64,000 bases of DNA, taken from the sequence record PZ534534.1. One strand, 5' to 3'. This document shows, piece after piece, positions 1-10,120 of the stretch. Position numbers and translations under genes: made by a program. Under the pieces are notes generated by a model. It ran no database searches. It had not been told where the DNA came from and saw only the letters and a list, made by a program, of their open reading frames with translations. The stretch is from a phage. Within the stretch, counting starts at the first letter, position 1; the number at the start of each line of letters is the position of its first letter.

Positions 1-198
1 CCTATGCCTAGCAGAGGGGTTGATGATGTAAGGATAGCAAACCGTTTTAAAACCACCTACAGAGAGTCAAGAGTCTACCCTGGACATGTGATGTGCTCTG
101 GTAACTACGCTTATAAACACCCTTATCAAGGTGATTACTGGACAGGTGCTATCCAAAAACTTGTAAATGGTCAATGGATCACTATATCTTATGCTTAA
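1..198 (+). CDS. hypothetical protein, C-terminal fragment (5' end lies upstream of window)
   Basis: Open frame runs from position 1 with no upstream stop; ends at TAA 196-198. No motif recognised. Confidence 0.3.
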   Translation, partial: PMPSRGVDDVRIANRFKTTYRESRVYPGHVMCSGNYAYKHPYQGDYWTGAIQKLVNGQWITISYA

Positions 199-209
199 AA
201 AGAGGGTAA

Positions 210-476
210 ATGAAACTAACTCAGTTTTTATGGGGACTGGTTGCGGCATCTGATGACCCTACGAAAGTGTCCCAATCTAAGCTATGGTCGAACATAGGCA
301 TGGCGGTGATGACTGGGGGGTTTATTCATATGGGGGATAATGATACGCTTCCTGAATGGTATGCGTGGATATACGCGCCTTCAGTAGCTTGCCCCCAGCT
401 TATTAGCAAATTCATCTCGCTCCGGTGGGGTTGCCAGCACCCTGACCACGTTAAAAACGAAGAGCAAAAAGCTTAA
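210..476 (+). CDS. hypothetical protein (88 aa)
   Basis: ORF with AGAGGG Shine-Dalgarno-like sequence upstream of ATG; same strand as fibre genes. No motif recognised. Confidence 0.45.
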   Translation: MKLTQFLWGLVAASDDPTKVSQSKLWSNIGMAVMTGGFIHMGDNDTLPEWYAWIYAPSVACPQLISKFISLRWGCQHPDHVKNEEQKA

Positions 477-485
477 GGAGAAATC

Positions 486-2231
486 ATGGCGCAAGACATG
501 ACAAGCTTTGAGCAGGCGGTAGATCAAGTAATTGTTGATTCTGAACGTTTGCACCTGATTGTCAACGGTAACGCTGTGGATGAAGTTGTCGTAGAGGATG
601 GGACCACCATCCCTACGGTACGAAAAGCCATGCTTGACACCCTTTATTTTAAAACGCCACCGATCCCTTGGGCGTATGGTGCATCCACAACAGTTTTTAA
701 CCAGCTGTACGAGTTTAAAGGGGACACAGGCCCTCAGTGGTGGTACGCTCCCGCAGCATCAAAATCTAACCCGGTTAGAATGCCAGCAGATCCTTCACAA
801 TCTCCAAACTGGAGATTATATACCGATTCTGCAGTAATGGCAAAATACTACGCAAAACTTAACAGTCCGAGGTTCGAAGGTGACCCGCGAGTACCTACGC
901 CTCCAATGGACGACAAATCCGAGTCTATAGCAAACACAGAGTTTGTTGTTGACTATGTGGATAGCATATTTGAAGCCATGGAGGGAATGAAAGTTACTGT
1001 AGGATCTTTGGTGGTAAAAGGTCTTACAGAACTTGCTAACACTATAGTTGGTGGCACACTCACCTTACATGGGCCTGTTAATGGAGCAGATTCTACTGCA
1101 CGCTTCAGGAACCTAATCCTCACGGCAAATACTTCTACACTTACTTTTGCGTGGAGTGATCCTAAGCATGCAGACTGGAGAAGCACAGAGCTGCAACCTC
1201 ATGAAGTGTCCACCCACAGGGTTATAGCTGACACTATAACTTCTGGGAAACCAGTGGCTAATAATAACGATGTGCATTTTGATGGTCTAGGTAATAACTT
1301 TTTTGACTACGTGTACATTCGTGGTAATGCCATGAAGGCAGCAACCGAACCGACATTGCAGGTAGATGGAACCACCAGGGTTAAGAACCTTGAGGTGACA
1401 GGCACTGTTACAGGGATAACCTACTCTGTCGATGGCACCATGATTTACCCTAGCTATATTGAAAGCACGGGGGACGCATTAATAAATGGTGATTTAGAAG
1501 TTGGCGGATCTGTAGTTATTCGAGGTACAGCCTCTATCCAAAACATAGCTCTGAATACCCTAAGAGTCAATGAGCGTGCAACTTTTGAAGGGGAAGGGCT
1601 TACAGCCAACAAAGGTGTAATTACCGAGCTGACAACCACTACTTTAACTGCAACAACTGCAAACTCTGAAAACTGCAACGTTACCAGAAACTTGCAGGTA
1701 AATGGAGATGTTAGTTTAAACGCAGCAGGGACGGGCACCACCTACCTTCACAACCTTGAAATATCCGGCACAGTGACTGGGTGGCTGCCAGACTTCTCTA
1801 ATGTCAACTTTGTTTGTAATGGCATTAACTCCAGTGGCAAGATAACCACCTCTCAAGAAATTGAGGCGGGTAAAACCATTACTGCCCCTACTTTCCACGC
1901 AGGAAAGGTAGATTTTGATTTAGAGGAGGTTGACGCGTCCAGTGGGACATGGACACCTAACGGGCAGGCCAGTATGTATGTTGTCCACGCGAAAGGGGAT
2001 TTTACAATAGGACAATGGCCTGGTACATCAGCGGAAGATAAACCTTATCCATTCACTGCGGTTATCTATGTCATTCAGGATGCTGTAGGTCACAACGTGA
2101 CTTTGCACGATAAGTATGCTATCCTGTCGGCAACGCCTGTTATTAATAACAAGGCTAATAGTGTTACCTTGCTGCAATTAACATATTGTGGTGTTGGTGA
2201 TATCGTAGACGTAGTAATTGCACAACGTTAA
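486..2231 (+). CDS. putative tail fibre / structural protein (581 aa)
   Basis: AAGGAG RBS 6 nt upstream of ATG. Thr/Gly/Asn-rich beta-strand repeats (TGTVTGITYSVDG, TTTTLTATTAN) typical of fibre/adhesin proteins; lies directly upstream of giant fibre gene. Product is inference. Confidence 0.55.
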   Translation: MAQDMTSFEQAVDQVIVDSERLHLIVNGNAVDEVVVEDGTTIPTVRKAMLDTLYFKTPPIPWAYGASTTVFNQLYEFKGDTGPQWWYAPAASKSNPVRMPADPSQSPNWRLYTDSAVMAKYYAKLNSPRFEGDPRVPTPPMDDKSESIANTEFVVDYVDSIFEAMEGMKVTVGSLVVKGLTELANTIVGGTLTLHGPVNGADSTARFRNLILTANTSTLTFAWSDPKHADWRSTELQPHEVSTHRVIADTITSGKPVANNNDVHFDGLGNNFFDYVYIRGNAMKAATEPTLQVDGTTRVKNLEVTGTVTGITYSVDGTMIYPSYIESTGDALINGDLEVGGSVVIRGTASIQNIALNTLRVNERATFEGEGLTANKGVITELTTTTLTATTANSENCNVTRNLQVNGDVSLNAAGTGTTYLHNLEISGTVTGWLPDFSNVNFVCNGINSSGKITTSQEIEAGKTITAPTFHAGKVDFDLEEVDASSGTWTPNGQASMYVVHAKGDFTIGQWPGTSAEDKPYPFTAVIYVIQDAVGHNVTLHDKYAILSATPVINNKANSVTLLQLTYCGVGDIVDVVIAQR

Positions 2232-2243
2232 TATATATCTAAC

Positions 2244-2267
2244 CGCTCCTGACGGGGCGGTTTTCTT
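2244..2267 (+). terminator. rho-independent terminator
   Basis: Hairpin CCGCTCC-TGAC-GGGGCGG followed by TTTTCTT, immediately after stop of 486..2231. Confidence 0.6.
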
Positions 2268-2281
2268 ATCTGGAGAACACA

Positions 2282-5200
2282 ATGCTTCCAATCCCTTTGC
2301 TAAAACTTGGTCGTCATTTCCTCGATAAGAGGGGTGGAATTAAGGAACTTGCTGTTCTGTCATACCCAATAGACAACAGTGATGGTACAAGCAACACAGT
2401 ATCCTATGTAAATAGCTTAGCTATACTTTTTGATGATGGTCAGCTTAATATTACTGGCTATAATAGGTTCGGAGAGTGTCGGACTGGAGATCTTGATACA
2501 ATAAACTATCCTAATGAGGCAGCTTGGAACGTAGACCATGTTTGGAGAGCTGACCGTGCATTTGTAATCCGCACATTCGATAATAAATTTTTCTATATTG
2601 GTTGCACAGCTGGTCTTATCGGATCGGAGGCAGCAGGTGGAAACGATGTTTGTGTCAGAGAGTGGACACCTTTGCCGGAACAGATCGTAACAGGGTTGCA
2701 TTTGGACACCCATCCTGAGAGACTTGTTGAAGTAATGGGTGGCGTAAACAATACCGTGTGGGTAATTGCTGCACCAGAGGCTGATGGTATGCTTCACCTG
2801 TACGGCTCTGGCAATAATACTTACGGCTCTCTTCATGTTGACAAAAGTCAACACGCTACTCCAGTTAAGATCGGTGAAACATCTGAAAGTCCAGAGACAG
2901 GTCCTTGGAAAAATCCAAGAATTAATTGTGAAGTTCATGACAACTCGGTTATTTTTGGTGGTCCTAACGGATTCTGGATTGCAGGTTACGACTTTCTGAG
3001 AAATAACAGTAGAAACGACCTTGTTTGGCCTCCTGTGCAGATTACTCGTAACGATTTGAGGGGCATTCCTGCAGATGAGGAGTGGAAAGGGTTTATGTGT
3101 GGTCCTAACGGGGCAGTAATTGCTACACAGAGGATGCATAGACCCGATGACCAGCAGCTTGTTAACGTATTTTATGGTCAAAACATTTGGGGAGATGATA
3201 CATGGCGGGAACTGAATATCACCTACACCCATGAGGTAATGATGGCTCGTGGGTACGGCACAAGTGGCATTTTCTTCAATAATGGCACTAAGCAGTATCG
3301 TGGGTTCTCTCGCAACTTATGTAATGATATTGGTGCACAATCTGCAAACAATAGTCCTAGGGCCGATTTTATCCACTATCAAGCTCTTGCTACAGCTAAA
3401 TATGTTGAGCAACGCCTGCCAGTCAGCTGGACAGAGAGTGTTTATTTCCAAGGCATCCACAGAGAAGGTTTCTTAGGTACCTTTACTGTTGTTAATGGTA
3501 AACTTTGGTGGTCAGGTATCCCAAGGGGAAGTTTTACAGGATCTAATAACCTCTTTGGCGGCAGACTTAACAGCCAAGGGTTCACAGAGATTCCGGAGAA
3601 TTGGTATAAAAATGTCCCGGTAGACAGTTGGGGTGTTGAGGATATTTTCGACGTTAACGGTGTTAGCAGCGTTAGCAATATTTACATTGGTGACACGGTC
3701 AAGATGAAATTGAAGCCTCAGCCAGAGGGGGCTACGTTCATTATTGACAAGATTGAACTGGTAAATGCTGCAGGCACGGTTGTTACAGATGCAAATTACC
3801 AATTCTCCACCAACTGGAACCACGGAGGGGCCAATGAAGTTGTTGTCACCCAGTATAACAGAAATGTTAACAGACGTGGCCTGTACTCTGTAAAAATAAC
3901 CTATCATGACAAGCATGGCACAGGCAGAACCCATACGACAAGGACTTTGAACTGGAACACCATAGTTCCTGCGTACCCGTCTGATGGTAAATGGCATACT
4001 GTCGGTAGAAACAAACAGTTCCATGTTAATGATACTGTATACTTTGGGCTGAATGGGACCCAGCCTGCAGTAGAAGGGGATACATCGTATATGGTCAGAC
4101 TCCACAGAATGGATGCTGGATCAGTCACTTATGATGTGACCCAAGAGATCTACGATCAAAGACGCGCCACGTATGACAATATTGTGAAAACACAAGCCTT
4201 GTGGGAGTTCAATCCTAATGGCAAGGGTGGTAAAATGTTGCAGGTTAATGAGCAGAACGGAACGTCGTTGACTGTTCACGAACACCCAGACCCTTGGCCT
4301 GATCCTGGAAAACCTCACCCAGGAGCTCGTACACTGAAAATTGTCAGCCATGATGCAGGGTATTTCGGAATACGCTGGGAAGCTACAGTAAGATATGTCG
4401 ACGGGACAACAAACAACATAGGGATTACACTTGGCGGCACTAGTGAAGATAACTCGCTGAAAATTGCCTACACGCCCAGAGGTATCTCTATTGATAATAT
4501 GGATGTTGTTCGCAATGGTTACGGCGATGTGAATGTCAAAGTTACTCTTGGCGAACATCTTGGTGGGGAAAGGATCATCATGTATGCCTTTGATCATGAT
4601 CCACGCACCAATGGAACTTATGCAAATCAGGCATGGAGTTACCTGATAAATGCACCTGAGCCGAATACTAAAGAGTTCTACTATGGTATGAAGCGAGATG
4701 TGTGCAAGAAAACAGGAACACATGACTGGATTGCTATCTGCGTTAAAGATGAGCGCACAGCTTGGGATGAGCCTGTTAACAGATGGTTCATAGGTATTCC
4801 TACCAGAAGTGATAAGTATGTCGCAGAATATATTGTATGCATGGGCGGTACCAACCTAAACATGTGTTGGAACGAAGATGTAAACAAATACTCTGATTAT
4901 GACTATATGAGGGATTACTCTTGTAATTTGTGGTTTAACCAAACTACAGGTTACCCTCCAAGACAGGCGAGAGTAAACCCTGCAATCTTCACAGACACGC
5001 AGGTTTTCTTGACAAAACAGGCCAACGAGGTCCAGACCTTCAAGAACAAATACGACCCTAATAAGTGGTTCTATAACTGCTATGGGGCATTTTTCTGGGG
5101 ACCTGGAGAATTACCTGGTGGTGGCTCTTGTTTTGAGGCTGCAACTTACGCCAGTGACAGATTTATGGGCCAGGTCAAGAAATACAAGATAATTCCAGGG

Positions 5201-7909
5201 CCTGAAACTTTAGGCAACGCTGTCGACCCCTATATCATCATGAGTGATCTAAGATCGAACATGGATGGAACATCCATATCTATGCAAGTTCCGGTAACAA
5301 ACGGATACAAGCGTGTTGTGATGATCATTAAGTGCGATCTGATAGGTAAGCAAGTTCTTGCAGAGAACGGAACTTCCACCCACCTATTTGAGACTGCTCT
5401 GCACTATCAGTTTGCTGATTCACCTTTTGCAGGGGATAAGAGAATATCTGACACAGACGCTGTGCGATGCAAGAAATTTATGCTAGGTGGTGGGTGGTGG
5501 TGGTATGAATTTGACTTAACAGACAAATTCACCGACACGTCTAAAGTAGTGACGGGGCTTCGTCTAGACCTTGGCGAAAACATGCACAAAAGTGTTTGTG
5601 ATGGCACCTACGGTGACCCAACAATCTACTTAAAGTATGTCTCTTTTGAGCACCCAGAGGATGTTGTTTATGGTCCAAAACTGAGACTGTTTGGCAATTG
5701 GATTGCTAAAGACAGGGTAGGTATGGGCAAGAAGGTAAGAGGCTTCTTAATAGATGCCGGTACAGAGGACATGCTAGTCAATGCAGTGTGGCCTGAATTA
5801 CCTGGGACTCAGTGGAACAACTCAGCCAAATCTATAAACTGGTTCAATATCCACAGGGCTATGTGGACAACCAACTGTTACCTGTGGAAAGAGCTGAATG
5901 ACGGCGCTTTCGGGTTCACAGGCGGCAGAAGAATGGCAATCATTTGCTGGACAACGTTGCAAAGATGTTATGACCATGACTACGAGATTGGAGGTAGGGC
6001 ATGGAAAAATATTAGGGATAGAATCATAACCAACTTTGCAGATCCTAACGGTGGTGGAGCGTATGGCTTCGACTGCAGCAGGCTCATCCATTTGAACGGA
6101 TCCTCTGCCTACAAGAAAGAAGGTTACTCTGGGTCTATGATAGAATGGGGCCTGGTGAAAGATGCTCGCGTGCTGATGGGTCAACAACTTGCTGCTGCAA
6201 TAGGTCCTAATGCAGTGCAATCTGTTAAACCTGCGTGGTTTGATATCCCATTGTGGTCATCCGGTACACCAGGAACTGCTGCAATCAACCCTACCACGGG
6301 GGATCTGGAAATCTCTTGGGAGGACTTGAAGCAGGTTGGAGGCTGGGATAAAACAGGGTATCAGGTCCAGTGGTGGAGGGCTGATGGATCTTTAGCCGCT
6401 GATGAGTTTGTTAAGGACAATTTCTACACCATGTCCTCTGCAAAAGCACAGGAATTGTTCGGTCAGGCAACTCCGTCAACGATCACCATGTCTATGTGCT
6501 GTAAAGACAACAGGACTGGAGCTTTGGGGCCAAGGGTTGCTAAAGTTTTCTCAGGTATTAAATGGAATCTACCTGTCCAAAGTATTTCATGGAAGCAAAT
6601 AGGTGATAACAAGCTGCTGGTTACCCCTGCCTGTCAGTTCAACGCAACTCTTAACGTTGATCCTGCTGTTGCGGCAAACTCAGCTAAAGCTTCTGACTTC
6701 TCTGTGTCTAACACTGCTATGGCAGATGTGAGGAAGATTGACACGCTGAACGCCAGAATTACCTGTAAAAACACTTATGGCACATTCCAAATCATCAACA
6801 ACTTCACAGATGCTGATTCTAAGGTAGTGAGGACAGCAAGCCAGACTCTGAGTTTAGGAACTCTGGCCTATGCGGCACTGATCACCGAACAGTCGGCAAC
6901 ACTCCAAGGAGGCGGTGTAGGCAAGTCCATTGCAACACCTGTGTGGAAGCCAAATGAGTGGGTTGTGTTTGATTTGACTGTGGACTTCTCCAGCGATAAT
7001 AACTGGACATGGGTAAGGAATTGTTTGTCACAGTTGATGGGCGGTCCAAGCTCCGTTAGTGATAGTCACGACTCTACTGACCCGAGTGTGTTCCAGGTAG
7101 GTAAAACTCACCCAGAGACTGGAGAAACGTTGCCTGACAGGAAGTATGCGTTGGTTTGCATCTCTTACGGGAAGGCAGATGTCACATTCTCAGGGACACA
7201 CACTTATAACGGAACTTACAACTTCTCAAGGAAGTATAGTCTCAAAGCAGGGAACATTATAGACGAGGTCGGTGTGCTGTATAATCCGGGCAACGGCATA
7301 GGGATTGTGGGCGGTAAACTGCAGATGCAGGAACCTTCTATCACCCCTTCCAACGTATCCGGGATTAGAAAGACTTGGGAAAGTAGTAATACCAACATTG
7401 CAACAGTGGATGCCACCACAGGGCTGGTAACATTTAAAGCTACTGGGAATGTCACCATAAAGTTTGTAGTTAGAGATGATGCAGGCCGCAAAACGTCTTC
7501 AACATCGTTTACTGTCAGACAGATGGCACCTCAGTGGTTTATTTGGGAAGGAAATCCTCTTGACGGGGCTTACCCTAGACCTGCAGGAACGTCCAATATG
7601 AGGGTCTTTACCGGTCCGGTCATGAACAATCCGACCACAACCACCAACCCTACATTTTTTGGTGCTTACATACCTGAAATTATTGGCCTACCAAGGAACC
7701 AGATACAACTGCTTTTCGGAGCAGGTGTTGATGGTCTAGCCACTTTTGGGTACAGTGACAACATTGATGCAGCCAGAAGCTCGGGTTGGATTGGATTTAA
7801 GTTTCAGTGGAACCCTGGTGGTAGAACATTAGGTGTTGCAAGCATAGGTGTTATGCTACCTGGTAACCAGCAATACCATCTCGAAGCTTATACAAACTTC
7901 CCTAGTTAA
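2282..7909 (+). CDS. giant tail fibre / host-recognition protein (1875 aa) with C-terminal bacterial Ig-like (BIG2-type) domain
   Basis: Single uninterrupted 5.6-kb ORF, GGAG RBS. C-terminal segment ...NVSGIRKTWESSNTNIATVDATTGLVTFKATGNVTIKFVVRDDAGRKTSSTSFTV matches the BIG2 Ig-like pattern (established family knowledge). N-terminal Gly/Asn repeats (LYGSGNNTYGSLHV) resemble RCC1-like propeller blades (weak). Tail-fibre role is inference. Confidence 0.6.
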   Translation: MLPIPLLKLGRHFLDKRGGIKELAVLSYPIDNSDGTSNTVSYVNSLAILFDDGQLNITGYNRFGECRTGDLDTINYPNEAAWNVDHVWRADRAFVIRTFDNKFFYIGCTAGLIGSEAAGGNDVCVREWTPLPEQIVTGLHLDTHPERLVEVMGGVNNTVWVIAAPEADGMLHLYGSGNNTYGSLHVDKSQHATPVKIGETSESPETGPWKNPRINCEVHDNSVIFGGPNGFWIAGYDFLRNNSRNDLVWPPVQITRNDLRGIPADEEWKGFMCGPNGAVIATQRMHRPDDQQLVNVFYGQNIWGDDTWRELNITYTHEVMMARGYGTSGIFFNNGTKQYRGFSRNLCNDIGAQSANNSPRADFIHYQALATAKYVEQRLPVSWTESVYFQGIHREGFLGTFTVVNGKLWWSGIPRGSFTGSNNLFGGRLNSQGFTEIPENWYKNVPVDSWGVEDIFDVNGVSSVSNIYIGDTVKMKLKPQPEGATFIIDKIELVNAAGTVVTDANYQFSTNWNHGGANEVVVTQYNRNVNRRGLYSVKITYHDKHGTGRTHTTRTLNWNTIVPAYPSDGKWHTVGRNKQFHVNDTVYFGLNGTQPAVEGDTSYMVRLHRMDAGSVTYDVTQEIYDQRRATYDNIVKTQALWEFNPNGKGGKMLQVNEQNGTSLTVHEHPDPWPDPGKPHPGARTLKIVSHDAGYFGIRWEATVRYVDGTTNNIGITLGGTSEDNSLKIAYTPRGISIDNMDVVRNGYGDVNVKVTLGEHLGGERIIMYAFDHDPRTNGTYANQAWSYLINAPEPNTKEFYYGMKRDVCKKTGTHDWIAICVKDERTAWDEPVNRWFIGIPTRSDKYVAEYIVCMGGTNLNMCWNEDVNKYSDYDYMRDYSCNLWFNQTTGYPPRQARVNPAIFTDTQVFLTKQANEVQTFKNKYDPNKWFYNCYGAFFWGPGELPGGGSCFEAATYASDRFMGQVKKYKIIPGPETLGNAVDPYIIMSDLRSNMDGTSISMQVPVTNGYKRVVMIIKCDLIGKQVLAENGTSTHLFETALHYQFADSPFAGDKRISDTDAVRCKKFMLGGGWWWYEFDLTDKFTDTSKVVTGLRLDLGENMHKSVCDGTYGDPTIYLKYVSFEHPEDVVYGPKLRLFGNWIAKDRVGMGKKVRGFLIDAGTEDMLVNAVWPELPGTQWNNSAKSINWFNIHRAMWTTNCYLWKELNDGAFGFTGGRRMAIICWTTLQRCYDHDYEIGGRAWKNIRDRIITNFADPNGGGAYGFDCSRLIHLNGSSAYKKEGYSGSMIEWGLVKDARVLMGQQLAAAIGPNAVQSVKPAWFDIPLWSSGTPGTAAINPTTGDLEISWEDLKQVGGWDKTGYQVQWWRADGSLAADEFVKDNFYTMSSAKAQELFGQATPSTITMSMCCKDNRTGALGPRVAKVFSGIKWNLPVQSISWKQIGDNKLLVTPACQFNATLNVDPAVAANSAKASDFSVSNTAMADVRKIDTLNARITCKNTYGTFQIINNFTDADSKVVRTASQTLSLGTLAYAALITEQSATLQGGGVGKSIATPVWKPNEWVVFDLTVDFSSDNNWTWVRNCLSQLMGGPSSVSDSHDSTDPSVFQVGKTHPETGETLPDRKYALVCISYGKADVTFSGTHTYNGTYNFSRKYSLKAGNIIDEVGVLYNPGNGIGIVGGKLQMQEPSITPSNVSGIRKTWESSNTNIATVDATTGLVTFKATGNVTIKFVVRDDAGRKTSSTSFTVRQMAPQWFIWEGNPLDGAYPRPAGTSNMRVFTGPVMNNPTTTTNPTFFGAYIPEIIGLPRNQIQLLFGAGVDGLATFGYSDNIDAARSSGWIGFKFQWNPGGRTLGVASIGVMLPGNQQYHLEAYTNFPS

Positions 7910-7924
7910 CAGGAGGCAAATAAA

Positions 7925-7952
7925 AAGGGGCCAGACGGCCCCTTTCTTTTTA
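7925..7952. terminator. bidirectional rho-independent terminator between convergent genes
   Basis: GGGGCC-AGAC-GGCCCC hairpin flanked by A-tract upstream and TTTCTTTTT downstream; lies between + gene ending 7909 and - gene ending 7956. Confidence 0.7.
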
Positions 7953-7955
7953 TAA

Positions 7956-8156
7956 TTAGTAATATTCCCAACACGACCCATCTTCAGACGGCTGGACACG
8001 CTTACCTTCATGATCGACATAGGTGTAACCACAGCCTTCACAGATAACAGGGGCCGCATAACCTTCCTTCCACTGGTCCTCTGTGATCAGTCCTTTCAGA
8101 TCTCCGCAGTCACGACCAAACAACTCTTCAGAACAATCTTTGCAAAAATCAGCCAT
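7956..8156 (-). CDS. small Cys-rich hypothetical protein (66 aa)
   Basis: ORF with CxxC...CxxC spacing (CKDCSEE...CEGCGY), possible zinc ribbon; first gene of minus-strand block. Confidence 0.45.
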   Translation of the reverse strand: MADFCKDCSEELFGRDCGDLKGLITEDQWKEGYAAPVICEGCGYTYVDHEGKRVQPSEDGSCWEYY

Positions 8157-8159
8157 TTC

Positions 8160-8606
8160 TCAGTCCTCGCATTTAACAAATTTTTCTACAGATCCACCAA
8201 GCACAGCTTGTTGTTTAATGGCACTTTCTTCATCATAGTGGATAGATTTATGTTCCGTACCTCCAAACTTACCTGTGTGGAAGGTGTGCACCCAAATCTC
8301 TTTAGGAAGGGATTTATTCTCTTCCTCCACCAACTCCCACATACCCCACAAGTGATCTGCGATATCTCTGATGAAATATCCCTCACCGAGGTTTGTATTC
8401 ACACTATAAGCTGATTCGTGATCTCCGCAAATATAACGGAAGGCAGTGTACTCTTTACCTGGTGTGAAGTGAGTGTCCATTAGTATAGCTGTTAAAGAAT
8501 AAGGGTCTCGAAAGCCTAAGAACTTTAGTTTAACAATTTCGACATTTACATCCGCAAGATTATCCATGACGATCTCCTCTGTTCGGTTGGTGAGATAATC
8601 ATACAT
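8160..8606 (-). CDS. hypothetical protein (148 aa)
   Basis: ORF tightly packed with neighbours on minus strand; no motif recognised. Confidence 0.5.
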   Translation of the reverse strand: MYDYLTNRTEEIVMDNLADVNVEIVKLKFLGFRDPYSLTAILMDTHFTPGKEYTAFRYICGDHESAYSVNTNLGEGYFIRDIADHLWGMWELVEEENKSLPKEIWVHTFHTGKFGGTEHKSIHYDEESAIKQQAVLGGSVEKFVKCED

Positions 8607-8731
8607 AGATCTGGTGTTGGTGTCAAGTTTAATTTTAAGCGATTCTGGGGGGGTATTTTGTTCAGGAGGGTAATCACACAGGGTAGGGCAATTTATGAAG
8701 GCACAGGCCTCGTTTGAGGCCTTAAAATAGG

Positions 8732-9112
8732 TTATGACGCTTTGACGTAGCGCTCTGACAAAGCTGGGAAGCCAAAAGCAGTACCTATACTACCGTATGC
8801 TACCCACCATTGAAGTTCATCGTGACACCATTTTCCGATCAGGAAGGTGCTGGGGTAGCGGGTCAGTATTTTGGCATAAGCTTTAGGGTCTGCATCCTCT
8901 GGGATAATGATACTTGGAACATCTTTGTTATGACCACAGCAGCAGTTTAGAGTTTTCAATCCTGCCGCCCATAGACTCATGATAGGCTTAGCCATGCACT
9001 TATCAAGGCACACACGTTTTTTGCCGTCACGGAGCTTTTTAGGCACATCAACGATAACATTTTGATGCTTGGCACCTTTCACTTTCCAATTATAGGATTT
9101 ACACTTGCACAT
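8732..9112 (-). CDS. hypothetical Cys-rich protein (126 aa)
   Basis: ORF; N-terminal CKCKSYNWKVKG and CCCGHNKD cysteine cluster; function unknown. Confidence 0.45.
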   Translation of the reverse strand: MCKCKSYNWKVKGAKHQNVIVDVPKKLRDGKKRVCLDKCMAKPIMSLWAAGLKTLNCCCGHNKDVPSIIIPEDADPKAYAKILTRYPSTFLIGKWCHDELQWWVAYGSIGTAFGFPALSERYVKAS

Positions 9113-9139
9113 TTAATCAGTCTCCATCTAGAAAGCAAT

Positions 9140-9313
9140 ACTTTACTTAAAATCTTTGTCACCTATTACGATTGCACGAATCCACTCATTGTGATGTTCA
9201 ATGGCGGTAAGGTGTAACATAATGCAGTGATTGTCATTACCAAACACGGTGCGGTAAGCTTTAGCAGCACCATGATATAACTTCCACATCAGGTAATGAT
9301 ATCTTCGCCTCAT
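9140..9313 (-). CDS. small hypothetical protein (57 aa), absent from ORF track
   Basis: ATG overlaps stop of upstream gene in ATGA arrangement (translational coupling); translated MRRRYHYLMWKLYHG... by hand. Confidence 0.3.
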
Positions 9314-9789
9314 GGCTCTTTCTCCGGTTCAGGATCTGGGTAATCTTCAATAATAAAGGGCCATCCGTTCCGCTTAGCCTCAGACTTGTACTCAATCTCC
9401 TTCATTGCAAACTCTAACTGATTCTTAGCCGGAATACATGCCGGAGAATCATCAATCCAGATATCTGGGTAGATATCAAACTGCGCCAAGTAGGCTGCCT
9501 TCTGCACACCGCCTGTGTAGAACACACCAACATCGAGCTCCTTGCGCCAATACTCAATGTCTACATTGTCTTGAGTAATGAATCGGAAAGTCACAAGGTA
9601 GACTGTCCACCCCTCCTTCTTCAGATCCCTGATCAGGCGGGAGAAGATGAAAGGGCTCGCATTAAACGTTCCATCAAAGTCGATGGCAATGATGTGTGTG
9701 CCGTGGCGAGTCTCGTATGGATTGCTTGTGGTAAGATTACTGTAGTTAAAAGGAACTTCTTCCCCGCAGTAGCTGTAGTCCATATTCAC
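9310..9789 (-). CDS. HAD-superfamily phosphatase (possible nucleotidase)
   Basis: HAD motif I IAIDFDGT (DxDxT), motif II VYLVTFR, motif III Lys (GGVQKAAY), motif IV DIWIDDS read in translation. Substrate is inference. Confidence 0.6.
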   Translation of the reverse strand: MNMDYSYCGEEVPFNYSNLTTSNPYETRHGTHIIAIDFDGTFNASPFIFSRLIRDLKKEGWTVYLVTFRFITQDNVDIEYWRKELDVGVFYTGGVQKAAYLAQFDIYPDIWIDDSPACIPAKNQLEFAMKEIEYKSEAKRNGWPFIIEDYPDPEPEKEP

Positions 9790-10061
9790 ACCTTCTCGTT
9801 GATAAATTTACGGGCGGTTTGGTGGGTTGTTTCTGCTGTCTTCAGAATGATATTAATTTTATTGTCAAGATCATTCATCTCTGCAGTTAGTTCAGGAATC
9901 TCTCCGGCATGCATAGTGAAATCATACATAGACATGCCCAGAATCTCATTGATGCGACGGTTGCATTCTGCAGCACGCTGGTTCATTTTCCAAGCTAACA
10001 CCAAAGCCTCCTGCGTAGCCTCTAGTGCAAAATCTAATACGTCGGCCTCTTCTTTCGTCAT
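9786..10061 (-). CDS. hypothetical protein (91 aa)
   Basis: ORF with 4-nt overlap to downstream gene; no motif recognised. Confidence 0.5.
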   Translation of the reverse strand: MTKEEADVLDFALEATQEALVLAWKMNQRAAECNRRINEILGMSMYDFTMHAGEIPELTAEMNDLDNKINIILKTAETTHQTARKFINEKV

Positions 10062-10120
10062 CTCAGTCTCTCCTGTTGTATTGTTGTTGGTAGGTGCATG
10101 AATACCTTATAACTCACCTT

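Noticed and set aside
2417-4723. Minus-strand ORFs (271, 197 and 200 aa) inside the 1875-aa fibre gene
   Set aside because: Fully embedded antisense to a long uninterrupted ORF with recognisable domains; low-complexity translations; no RBS.
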